A stretch of DNA of 64,000 nucleotides, from positions 25,771 to 89,770 of the forward strand of contig CAKSQF010000003.1 in NCBI GenBank assembly GCA_934486825.1. Reading direction: 5' to 3'. The notes beneath the pieces are model-generated. The model was given only the letters and a program-made list of their open reading frames with translations. It was not told where the DNA came from and searched no databases. Source of the DNA: an uncultured Eubacteriales bacterium (lineage in GTDB: Bacteria > Bacillota > Clostridia > Oscillospirales > CAG-272). Of the stretch, positions 6,845-15,691 are shown piece after piece (within the stretch, counting starts at the first letter, position 1; the number at the start of each line of letters is the position of its first letter). Made by a program: the position numbers and the translations under genes.

Positions 6845-9022
6845 ATGATGAAGAGATTTACAAAAACATTTGCTGTTTTTTGCGCAATACTGATGATTGC
6901 TCTCGGCAGTGTATCTTCGTTTGCCGCTTCATACAGCACATATACCTATTCGATCGACGGCGAACAGCTGCCGTCACCGGATGCCTACACTCCCGAAAAG
7001 GTTGTCGATTCAAAGAAGATCGGTCTTGAAAAGGCGCTCAATGCGCCGACGGCGATCGAGGTCGATAATGACGGCAATGTTTATATTGCCGACCCCAACA
7101 ACAACAGAATCGTTGTTCTCAACAGGTATTATGCATACAAGTATGAAATAAGCACCTTTGTCAACAGCGACGGTGTTGCGGACTCGCTCAGCGGGGCAGA
7201 GGGACTTTTCATATGGGAAGGCTATACGATCGAGAATGAGGAATACACAAAAGAAAAGCTCATTTACGTAGCCGATACACTGAACCGCAGAATTGTGGTG
7301 TTTGATGCCGAAGGCAATTACGTGCGCACGATAAGAGAGCCTGCCGGAGAGGTTATCAACGCAAGCGAAATCTACAGACCGGTAGCTCTTGCGGTTGACT
7401 CTTCGGGAAGAATATATGTCGTTTCGTCAATGACATATCAGGGAATCATCTCACTTACGAACGAAGGTGAATTTGCCGGATACATAGGAGCTCAGAAGGT
7501 TACCTACAACGCACTCCAGCTCATCTGGAGAAAATTCCAGAGTGCCGAGCAGCTGGCAAAGCAGGATAAGAACATTTCGACCGAATACAACAACATCGCA
7601 ATAGACGATGAGGGCTTTGTTTACGTAACGAACGGTGCGATCGAGGAATCGACGCTTTCAAGTGCGATCCGCTCGGGCAACAAGAATTATGCTCCGGTAA
7701 AGAAGCTCAATACATCGGGAACCGACATAATGAGAAGAAACGGTTTCTTCATGCCCGCAGGTGAGATAACATTCAGATCCTATGCCCGCGCATCCGAAGG
7801 AAACACCGTTCCTTACGGTCCGTCGCACATCGTTGACGTGGCACTCGGACCGGCAAACACATGGTCGATAATCGATGATAAGAGATCAAAGATCTACACA
7901 TACGACGACAACGGCAATCTTCTGTTCGCATTCGGCGACATGGGTACCCAGATGGGTAACATGCAGAAGGTATGCTCAATCACCTATCAGGGTGAAAAAA
8001 TGATCGTGCTCGATAAGCAGACATCTTCCTTTACGATTTATTCGAGAACCGATTACGGCGATCTGCTTATAACAGCGATCGAAAACAACAACAAGCGTAT
8101 GTATTCGCGTGCGCTTGACGACTGGAACGAAATACTCAAGAGCAACAACAACTTCGATGCAGCGTACATAGGAATAGGAAAGGCATACTACCGTCTCGGA
8201 CAGTGGGAAACCGCAATGGACTATTTCGAGCGCGCATACGATACCAAAAATTACTCGGATGCATTCGGCAAATGGCGTAAGGAATGGGTAGAAAAGTACA
8301 TCTGGGTCATTCCGATTGTGGTAATTGTCTTCTGCGTTGCGGTTGCCGAATTCTTCAAGTTCGCAAACAGAGTAAACAGAAAAGCAACTGTTTCGGGCAA
8401 AAAGAAGACCTTCTGGGAAGAAGTGCTGTACGCATTCCACCTCATATTCCATCCGTTTGACGGATTCTGGGATCTGAAGCATGAAAAGCGAGGCTCTGTA
8501 CGCGCGGCATTCTTTATTCTTGCGCTTGCAGTCGCATCCTTTGCTTACCAGAGCATCGGACGTGCATACATTTTCAACCCGCGCGGCGGATATACAAGTA
8601 TAATCGGGCAGCTGTCCGGACTTCTTGTGCCGATAATCCTCGGTTCTACGGCAAACTGGTGTCTGACAACACTGTTTGACGGTGAAGGAAGCTTCAAGGA
8701 TATTTTTGTTGCGATCTGCTATTGTCTTACGCCGATAGTAATGTTTGTTCCGCTTGCAACACTTCTCACACATATTGTCACGAATTCGGAGGCTGGTTTT
8801 GTGAACCTTCTTCTCGGACTCTGCTATGTCTGGGTGGGAATGCTCTTGTTCTTCGGAACTATGGTTACACATGATTACTCTATGGGCAAGAACGTAATTA
8901 CCCTTTTGGGTACCGCGATATGTGCCTGCGTTATCATGTTCATCATGGTACTGTTCTCGAGTCTGCTCATGAAGATGGTATCCTTCGTTTCGCAGATTAT
9001 TACCGAAGTAACATACGGATAA
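6845..9022 (+). CDS. secreted NHL-repeat beta-propeller / TPR / Yip1-type multi-pass membrane fusion protein
   Basis: Signal peptide MMKRFTKTFAVFCAILMIALGSVSSFAASYS. NHL-like repeats include YIADPNNNRIVVLN, YVADTLNRRIVVFD, GRIYVVSS and GFVYVTNG. A TPR-like segment reads AAYIGIGKAYYRLGQWETAMDYFERAY. The C-terminal roughly 220 aa contain 5-6 TM helices typical of Yip1-domain proteins. Confidence 0.7.
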   Translation: MMKRFTKTFAVFCAILMIALGSVSSFAASYSTYTYSIDGEQLPSPDAYTPEKVVDSKKIGLEKALNAPTAIEVDNDGNVYIADPNNNRIVVLNRYYAYKYEISTFVNSDGVADSLSGAEGLFIWEGYTIENEEYTKEKLIYVADTLNRRIVVFDAEGNYVRTIREPAGEVINASEIYRPVALAVDSSGRIYVVSSMTYQGIISLTNEGEFAGYIGAQKVTYNALQLIWRKFQSAEQLAKQDKNISTEYNNIAIDDEGFVYVTNGAIEESTLSSAIRSGNKNYAPVKKLNTSGTDIMRRNGFFMPAGEITFRSYARASEGNTVPYGPSHIVDVALGPANTWSIIDDKRSKIYTYDDNGNLLFAFGDMGTQMGNMQKVCSITYQGEKMIVLDKQTSSFTIYSRTDYGDLLITAIENNNKRMYSRALDDWNEILKSNNNFDAAYIGIGKAYYRLGQWETAMDYFERAYDTKNYSDAFGKWRKEWVEKYIWVIPIVVIVFCVAVAEFFKFANRVNRKATVSGKKKTFWEEVLYAFHLIFHPFDGFWDLKHEKRGSVRAAFFILALAVASFAYQSIGRAYIFNPRGGYTSIIGQLSGLLVPIILGSTANWCLTTLFDGEGSFKDIFVAICYCLTPIVMFVPLATLLTHIVTNSEAGFVNLLLGLCYVWVGMLLFFGTMVTHDYSMGKNVITLLGTAICACVIMFIMVLFSSLLMKMVSFVSQIITEVTYG

Positions 9023-9043
9023 AAGGAAGGAGTACGGATATAA

Positions 9044-12000
9044 ATGAAAACAAGTAATTTCAGCTTCAATGCGAAAGTACTTTCACTGCTTCTTGTTATT
9101 CTGATGATCATGGGCACGCTGTCTTCGCTCTTTATCCTTCCTGTGTACGCACAGGAGGGTGACGGAACGGGGGGGACGACCGGCGGAGATAATACCGAGG
9201 TTGTCGATCCCGATGAGGAGGAAATCAAAAATCCCACCATCGAGGAAGCTATTGCCGCATATCTTACGAAAGAATACGAAACAAGGGAAGAAAAGCTTGC
9301 GGTTATGACCGAAAAGCTTACAAAAGGAGACTTCAAGTTCTTCTGCGACCCGTATACGGGGGAGATTGCCGTTCAGAATACGGTAACCGGTCAGATACTC
9401 TTCTCTAATCCCTATGACGTGGCAACAGTAAAAACAGAAACGGTCAAAGAGCGACTTCTTTCACAGGTTGTTGTGTCCTTCAAGGATCTTGCCAACAACG
9501 GACAGGTCCGTGAGCTCAACAGCTACAAGGATGCCGCCGCAAACGGTCAGGTGACCGTAAAGAATATCAAAAACGGTATCCGCGTGGAGTATACGCTCGG
9601 TAAGGAAGCTTCCAAGAAGCTTATGCCTTACTGGATCGAAGCATCAAGATTCGAAAAGATGATTCTTTCCAACATAACCGTTGAGTATGACCTCGGAAAG
9701 GCGATCTCGTATTATGACCGTAAGGACGTAAACGATTCGTCACTGCCCGCAGCGACGATCCGTGAGATCAACAATGCCTACGCCTGCACAAAATCAACAT
9801 ATCAGAAACTCAATGTCACACCGATGTACGACCGTACCGAGGTTGACGAAAACGGTGAAACGGTTTATGTTGCCGAATATACCGACCATACCGGTAAGCT
9901 TGTAAGCCACAGATACAAAATGTCCGACAAGCTGGTTATATACACGGTAGAGCCGAGTGTTACTCTTTCCGAGAAGATGTCCAACACAATGGAAGGCTAC
10001 ACAAAGATGTATGCCCCCGACTACAACTATGAGGAAAGAGACTACGATATTGAAATCACCGGATATGTCGGAGACGAAGCCGGAAATGCAACCTTCCGTC
10101 TTGCTCTTGAATATACGGTGGACGATACCGGATTCAGCGTCAGTCTTCCCGCAAACGGAATCCGTTATGACGCGGATAAATACCGCCTGAATTACATAAC
10201 GCTGCTGCCTTATCTCGGAGCATCCTCCGACGAGTATCCCGGATATACCTTTATGCCGGACGGCTCGGGTGCAATAATCAGAAATGAGGATATCACCGCA
10301 GACGGCAGATCGTATACGGTTTCCGGTAAGGTTTACGGACCCGATTACGCATATCACAAGCTTACCTATAACGGCAAGTCGGAAATAATCCGCATGCCCG
10401 TTTTCGGTAATATCGAAAGTCTTGCCGATCCGATCGAAGTCGGACGCAAGATTGTGCCCGCACTTGATATTTCCGGTAAGCCGGCATACAACCCGGTAAC
10501 CGGAGAGCCGATACCTCAGTACTGGCTGGTCGATGAAGAGGAAGTAACCACCGTTATCGACGAGTACGGCGATATCGTGAAATATGTGCTCAAGGATGAG
10601 CCTGACGTTGAAGTCGAGAGAGTAAAGACGCAGTCAAACGTAATCTATTACAGACTTGACGAAAACGGAAAACGTGTTTATCTTACAGAGCCGATCTACG
10701 AATACGAATATCATCCGCAGGGCTTCTTCGCAATAATCGAAGAGGGCGAGTCGCTTTGCGAGATCACATCGAACCACGGAGGTAATATAAGCCACAAGTA
10801 CAGTTCGATATATGCGTCGGTCTATCCGGAAAGCACAGACAGCTACAACCTTGCCGATTCGATATCTGTCGGACAGGATGCCGAATGGACTGTCGTTTCG
10901 GAGAGAAAATATACCGGTCTGTTCAAGATCCGCTATATAATGCTTTCTTCTGCCGAGGGCGCTCAGTATGAGGCAAGCTACATGGGAATGGCGAACGCAT
11001 ACAGAGATTATCTTGACAAGAACGGCGTTATCTCGCTTATCGATGATGCCGCAAAGGATATTCCGCTCTATATTGAGTCGTTCGGTATGATAAAGACCGA
11101 GGATGTCGTGATGACAATTCCGGTCATGGTTGATACACCCCTTACGACATTCGGCGATATACAGACAATGTATAAGACGCTTGCCGAGAAGGGAATCGGA
11201 AATATCAATTTCCGCCTGACCGGCTTCAATAAGGAGGGCACCGGTTACCAGTTTGCTCCGTCGGTTGTTAAATTTGAAAAGGTGCTCGGCGGAAACAAGG
11301 GTTACGGCGAACTTCTCAAGGATGCCGAGAACAACAACTACGGTGTTTTCCCCGAATTTGACTTTGCCAATGTTAACTCGTCGGCATGGTTTGACGGATT
11401 CAGCTTCAAGAATCAGACTGTACGTACGATAGATGACCGTTACTCATATAAACGTGAATATGATGCAACATATCAGAACTTCACGTATATGGGATCGGTT
11501 GCGGTGTCACCCTGTGCATTCAGCGATCTTTTTGCAAAATTTGCAAGAAAGATGGATAAGCTCGGTGTAAACGGAATATCGGTATCGACGCTCGGTTCCG
11601 ACCTGAATACCGATTTCGACGAGAAAGAGCCGTACAACCGCGAGGATGACAAGGCATTTACGGCAGAGCTTCTCGGAAATATGGCTGAAAAATACAAGAA
11701 CATAATGATCGACGGCGGAAATGCTTATACATGGAAATATGTAAAGCATATCCTGAATGTATCGCTTGACAGCTCGCGTTATCTGAGAGCAAGCCAGTCG
11801 ATACCGTTTATGGGTCTTGTTCTTCACGGATCGGTATACCTTGCAGGCAAGCCCACGAACATGCAGGGCAATGTAAGATACGAGATGCTGAAGATAATCG
11901 AAAACGGCGCATCGCCCTACTACACGCTCTCCTATCAGAACACGCAGGAGCTTAAGGAATACAGCAATCTGACAAAGTATTATTCGGTCGATTTCAACAT

Positions 12001-12532
12001 CTGGCTGAAGGATCTTGTCGAAACCTATAATGTTATCAATTCGGCTCTTTGCGATGTCCAGGAATCCCGTATAAAGAATCATACCTTTATAAGCGGTACG
12101 AGAGTGTTCGGCGAGAAGGACCGCGATCAGTACGAGGCAGAGCTTGCCGTGGTTCTTGCGAAATATCTTGAAATGTACAATGCAGACCTCATGAAGAAGA
12201 TAAAGGACAGCTACAGAAGCGGTCTTATCACACTTCCCGAAGGATATGACTTCAAGAAGAACGAAGAAGGTAAGATAATCCCGCCCGAGGGCTTTGATCT
12301 GGAGGCATTCGAAGAGGATTATATAACCTTTGAAAAATACAATAAAGAAACCGCAGCGACAAGTATTGACGATTACTCGATAGTATACGAAGAGTACGAC
12401 AACGGAATATCGTTTGTCCTCAATTTCAATGATTTCAACGTATCGGTTGAGATCGGCGGAAAGACCTATACCGTTTCGGCAACAGGTTTCGTAAAGATCG
12501 ATGCAAGCGGCAATGTCGTCGCAAGTAACTGA
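9044..12532 (+). CDS. large secreted or membrane-anchored protein, DUF5696-like; putative uncharacterised glycoside-hydrolase-like
   Basis: N-terminal hydrophobic anchor LSLLLVILMIMGTLSSLFILPVYA, then a Gly/acidic linker. The ORF is 1162 aa and operonic with sugar permeases. Segments such as GISVSTLGSDLNTDF and SIPFMGLVLHGSVYLAG resemble (beta/alpha)8 glycosidase strands. The DUF5696 assignment is from memory of similar annotated proteins and is not verified. Confidence 0.5.
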   Translation: MKTSNFSFNAKVLSLLLVILMIMGTLSSLFILPVYAQEGDGTGGTTGGDNTEVVDPDEEEIKNPTIEEAIAAYLTKEYETREEKLAVMTEKLTKGDFKFFCDPYTGEIAVQNTVTGQILFSNPYDVATVKTETVKERLLSQVVVSFKDLANNGQVRELNSYKDAAANGQVTVKNIKNGIRVEYTLGKEASKKLMPYWIEASRFEKMILSNITVEYDLGKAISYYDRKDVNDSSLPAATIREINNAYACTKSTYQKLNVTPMYDRTEVDENGETVYVAEYTDHTGKLVSHRYKMSDKLVIYTVEPSVTLSEKMSNTMEGYTKMYAPDYNYEERDYDIEITGYVGDEAGNATFRLALEYTVDDTGFSVSLPANGIRYDADKYRLNYITLLPYLGASSDEYPGYTFMPDGSGAIIRNEDITADGRSYTVSGKVYGPDYAYHKLTYNGKSEIIRMPVFGNIESLADPIEVGRKIVPALDISGKPAYNPVTGEPIPQYWLVDEEEVTTVIDEYGDIVKYVLKDEPDVEVERVKTQSNVIYYRLDENGKRVYLTEPIYEYEYHPQGFFAIIEEGESLCEITSNHGGNISHKYSSIYASVYPESTDSYNLADSISVGQDAEWTVVSERKYTGLFKIRYIMLSSAEGAQYEASYMGMANAYRDYLDKNGVISLIDDAAKDIPLYIESFGMIKTEDVVMTIPVMVDTPLTTFGDIQTMYKTLAEKGIGNINFRLTGFNKEGTGYQFAPSVVKFEKVLGGNKGYGELLKDAENNNYGVFPEFDFANVNSSAWFDGFSFKNQTVRTIDDRYSYKREYDATYQNFTYMGSVAVSPCAFSDLFAKFARKMDKLGVNGISVSTLGSDLNTDFDEKEPYNREDDKAFTAELLGNMAEKYKNIMIDGGNAYTWKYVKHILNVSLDSSRYLRASQSIPFMGLVLHGSVYLAGKPTNMQGNVRYEMLKIIENGASPYYTLSYQNTQELKEYSNLTKYYSVDFNIWLKDLVETYNVINSALCDVQESRIKNHTFISGTRVFGEKDRDQYEAELAVVLAKYLEMYNADLMKKIKDSYRSGLITLPEGYDFKKNEEGKIIPPEGFDLEAFEEDYITFEKYNKETAATSIDDYSIVYEEYDNGISFVLNFNDFNVSVEIGGKTYTVSATGFVKIDASGNVVASN

Positions 12533-12548
12533 AAAGGAGGGGAATAAA

Positions 12549-13529
12549 ATGAATAACGCACAGGCGGCAGTTAAGCAAAAAGCGCCTCAAAAGACGAAAA
12601 AGCGCAAGATCGTTTCGCTTGATAAGAAGAAGGCGCGCGCAGGTTGGTTTTTTGTTGCACCCTTCCTTATCGGATTTGTGCTGATCTACATTCCGATAAT
12701 CTTCAACTCAATACAGTCAAGCTTCTTCTCGGTAAAGCAGGGTCAGATATCCGAATTTGTGGGATTTGATAACTATGCATACGTGCTCTTTACCAATCCC
12801 GACTTCGTAACGACCCTGACATCGGGAATACGTCAGCTCGTCATTGATATTCCCGCGATAGTAATATTTTCACTGTTCATGGCAGTGCTTCTGAACCAGA
12901 AAATGTTCGGCAGAGCGATATTCCGTGCGATCTTCTTCGTGCCGGTTATTCTGTCAACGGGACTTATTGCGGATATCGATGCTTCCAATGTTATGAACCA
13001 GTATATGAGCGGCACCGACAGTACCGATACGTCGGCGAACATCACAAATGCTTCATCGGCATCCGACATTATTTCAATGGCAGATGTGGCGTTCCTGTTC
13101 GAGAGCATGAAGATCGGTACCGGACTTGTAAAGTATGTCGTACAGCTTGTAAATGACGTGTACAACATAATAAACCGTTCGGGAGTTCAGATGCTGATAT
13201 TCCTTGCGGGACTTCAGTCAATCTCTCCGGCAATATACGAATCATGTTCGATCGACGGCGCGACCGCATGGGAAACCTTCTGGAAGATAACATTCCCGAT
13301 GATAAGCCCGATGATACTTGTCAACACGATATATACCGTAATTGACTCGTTTACATCGTCGGACAGTTCGGTCATGAAATTTATCCTGAATTTCTATTCG
13401 ACCGGCGGCGCACAGTCGCGCGTACAGGCAACCGCGATGGGTTGGATATACTTCCTGATCGTTATCGCGATTATCGCGGCGGTTTCGGGAATACTGTCGG
13501 CGTATATCTTCTACCAGAGAAGAGATTAA
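12549..13529 (+). CDS. sugar ABC transporter permease (MalF-type, pair 2)
   Basis: AGGAGG precedes ATG 12549. EAA loop AGLQSISPAIYESCSIDGATAWETFWKITFPM. There is an inserted Ser/Thr-rich extracytoplasmic loop. Confidence 0.85.
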   Translation: MNNAQAAVKQKAPQKTKKRKIVSLDKKKARAGWFFVAPFLIGFVLIYIPIIFNSIQSSFFSVKQGQISEFVGFDNYAYVLFTNPDFVTTLTSGIRQLVIDIPAIVIFSLFMAVLLNQKMFGRAIFRAIFFVPVILSTGLIADIDASNVMNQYMSGTDSTDTSANITNASSASDIISMADVAFLFESMKIGTGLVKYVVQLVNDVYNIINRSGVQMLIFLAGLQSISPAIYESCSIDGATAWETFWKITFPMISPMILVNTIYTVIDSFTSSDSSVMKFILNFYSTGGAQSRVQATAMGWIYFLIVIAIIAAVSGILSAYIFYQRRD

Positions 13530-13540
13530 GGAGGTCGGCT

Positions 13541-14566
13541 ATGAATGCACAGCAAACACAGACAAAGATAAAGAAGGAATCAAAGAACAAGATCCGCGTT
13601 GATTTTGACAGAACCTCACGTTGGACCCGCTTCAAGATCAAATATCTTTCGGCGAGCTTCCTCGGACAGGTGATCTTCAAACTCTTCAGACTTGTACTGC
13701 TTCTCGGAATATCCTATGTCATACTTTTCCCGTTTTTCTCCAAAATAGCGTCCTCTTTCATGAGTCCGAGTGACTTCGTTGACGTAACGGTCAAGTTGAT
13801 ACCGAAGAATCCGACGCTCAACACCTACAAGCAGATAATCAGAGAAAACAACTACTTTGAAGCACTCTTCAATACAGCGGTACTTTCTCTGCTCTGTGCC
13901 GTAATACAGACATTTATCTGCTGCATCATCGGCTACGGCTTCGGCAAATACCGTTTCAAGGGCAGTAAGCTGCTTTTCGCATGCGTCCTGCTTACGATGA
14001 TAGTTCCGCACAAGATACTTCAGTTCTCGCTCTTCAATGAGTTCAGATATTTTGACATATACGGAATAATCAAAGCCATAACCGGCAAGACAATCAAGCT
14101 CACCGGTACTTATTGGCCGCTTGCGATCCTTTCGTTTACCGGTCTTGCGTTCAAGAACGGTCTGTACATCTATATGATGAGACAGTTCTTCAGAGGCGTG
14201 CCGGACGAACTTGAGGAATCCGCATATATCGACGGATCGGGTGTGTTCAGAACGTTTATACAGATCATTATCCCGCTTTCGATCCCGATGATGATTACAA
14301 TATTCCTCTTCTCGTTCAGCTGGCAGTGGACAGATAACTTCTATACCACGTTGCTTATTCCGGGTACGGCAAAATCGATCAAGCTGCTCCCCTCGATTAT
14401 AGAGGTACCGAAAACGCTTGATACCAATTACGCCGGAGGAAACCTTTATACCTCGGCGATCAGAAACACCTGCGGACTTCTTATTATAGCTCCGCTGATT
14501 CTGATATATATGTTCTGCCAGAGATATCTTATACAGGGTATCGAACGCTCGGGTATTACCGGCTAA
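13541..14566 (+). CDS. carbohydrate ABC transporter permease (MalG-type, pair 2)
   Basis: AGGAGG precedes ATG 13541. EAA loop EESAYIDGSGVFRTFIQIIIPLSIPMM. Multi-TM protein. Confidence 0.85.
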   Translation: MNAQQTQTKIKKESKNKIRVDFDRTSRWTRFKIKYLSASFLGQVIFKLFRLVLLLGISYVILFPFFSKIASSFMSPSDFVDVTVKLIPKNPTLNTYKQIIRENNYFEALFNTAVLSLLCAVIQTFICCIIGYGFGKYRFKGSKLLFACVLLTMIVPHKILQFSLFNEFRYFDIYGIIKAITGKTIKLTGTYWPLAILSFTGLAFKNGLYIYMMRQFFRGVPDELEESAYIDGSGVFRTFIQIIIPLSIPMMITIFLFSFSWQWTDNFYTTLLIPGTAKSIKLLPSIIEVPKTLDTNYAGGNLYTSAIRNTCGLLIIAPLILIYMFCQRYLIQGIERSGITG

Positions 14567-14632
14567 AAAACGAAAAATGCGTTTTCCGTTTCTGCCAAAT
14601 CGCATTTGCGGAAAAACGCCGACAAAAACAAA

Positions 14633-14664
14633 ACGTCCGCGGACATTTGTCCGCGGACGTTTTG
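14633..14664. terminator. bidirectional rho-independent terminator
   Basis: Perfect 12-bp stem ACGTCCGCGGAC / GTCCGCGGACGT with loop ATTT, flanked by an A-run and a T-run. Confidence 0.8.
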
Positions 14665-14696
14665 ACATATGTGCATGCGACAGTATATAAAATAAA

Positions 14697-14729
14697 GCTC
14701 CCGCACAACCTTTGCAGCCGTGCGGGAGT
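14697..14729 (-). terminator. hairpin terminator downstream of metA
   Basis: GCTCCCGCAC ... GTGCGGGAGT stem, flanked by an A/T-rich tract on the minus-strand 3' side. Confidence 0.5.
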
Positions 14730-14755
14730 CTGCCCCTTTAAACGGGTATCCTGTT

Positions 14756-15673
14756 TTACCTGATTTCTTTCAGATCATATGGGGTGGTCTGATATACGAA
14801 ATAGTTAAGCCAGTTTGAATAGAGAAGATTTGCGTGTGAACGCCAGCTTACAACAGGCTCTCTGCTGTCGTCGTCATCCGGAAAATAATTCTCCGGAATG
14901 TCTATCGGAAGTCCCGCAGACTTGTCGCGCCGATATTCTTTGGCAAGCGTATCCGCGTCGTATTCGCTGTGTCCGGTTATGAAGATCTGCCTTCCGCGAT
15001 CTGTCATAAGCGCATAAATGCCCGCTTTGTCAGATGATGCGAGAATCTTAAGCTCGGGAACCTTTTCAATGTCTTCGCGCCTGACCGTCGTGTGGCGGCT
15101 CTGAGGGACCATAAATATATCGTCAAATCCGCGCAGCAGCATGGAGGAACGACGTTCAACGCGGTGCGGAAATATTCCGAACAGCTTTTTTTCAAGCGGG
15201 TACTTGTTTATTCCGAAATGATAGTACAGTCCCGCCTGCGCGCCCCAGCATATGTGGAACACAGAGGTGACGTGCGTTTTGCTCCACTCCATGATTTCGC
15301 AAAGCTCATTCCAGTATTCGACCTCTTCAAACTGCATGTGCTCGACCGGCGCACCGGTTATTATCATTCCGTCGTAATTGTTCTTCCGGATGTCACCGAA
15401 GGTTTTGTAGAAAGCCAGCAGATGCTCGGAAGGTGTATTTTTCGATTCGTGGGTTTTTGTATGGATAAGCTCCATCTCCACCTGAAGCGGGGTGTTGCCG
15501 AGAAGCCTCGCAAGCTGGGTTTCTGTTGCGATCTTTGTAGGCATAAGGTTCAGAATCAGTATTCTGAGCGGGCGGATGTCCTGTCCCTCTGCCCGTGTTT
15601 TTGTGATCGTGAAGATGTTCTCCGCATGAAGAGTTTCTGCGGCGGGCAGTCCGTTTGGTATCTTTATCGGCAT
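14756..15673 (-). CDS. metA: homoserine O-acyltransferase (MetA family)
   Basis: N-terminus [53 protein letters not shown] and [15 protein letters not shown] are classic MetA motifs. Confidence 0.9.
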   Translation of the reverse strand: MPIKIPNGLPAAETLHAENIFTITKTRAEGQDIRPLRILILNLMPTKIATETQLARLLGNTPLQVEMELIHTKTHESKNTPSEHLLAFYKTFGDIRKNNYDGMIITGAPVEHMQFEEVEYWNELCEIMEWSKTHVTSVFHICWGAQAGLYYHFGINKYPLEKKLFGIFPHRVERRSSMLLRGFDDIFMVPQSRHTTVRREDIEKVPELKILASSDKAGIYALMTDRGRQIFITGHSEYDADTLAKEYRRDKSAGLPIDIPENYFPDDDDSREPVVSWRSHANLLYSNWLNYFVYQTTPYDLKEIR

Positions 15674-15691
15674 TTTTCCGCCTCCTTGAGT

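Noticed and set aside
13616-14668. A 350-aa antisense ORF lies opposite the second MalG-type permease.
   Set aside because: It is a shadow ORF with Arg/Lys-rich, low-complexity translation and no RBS. It lies fully inside a well-supported sense gene and reads through the terminator.
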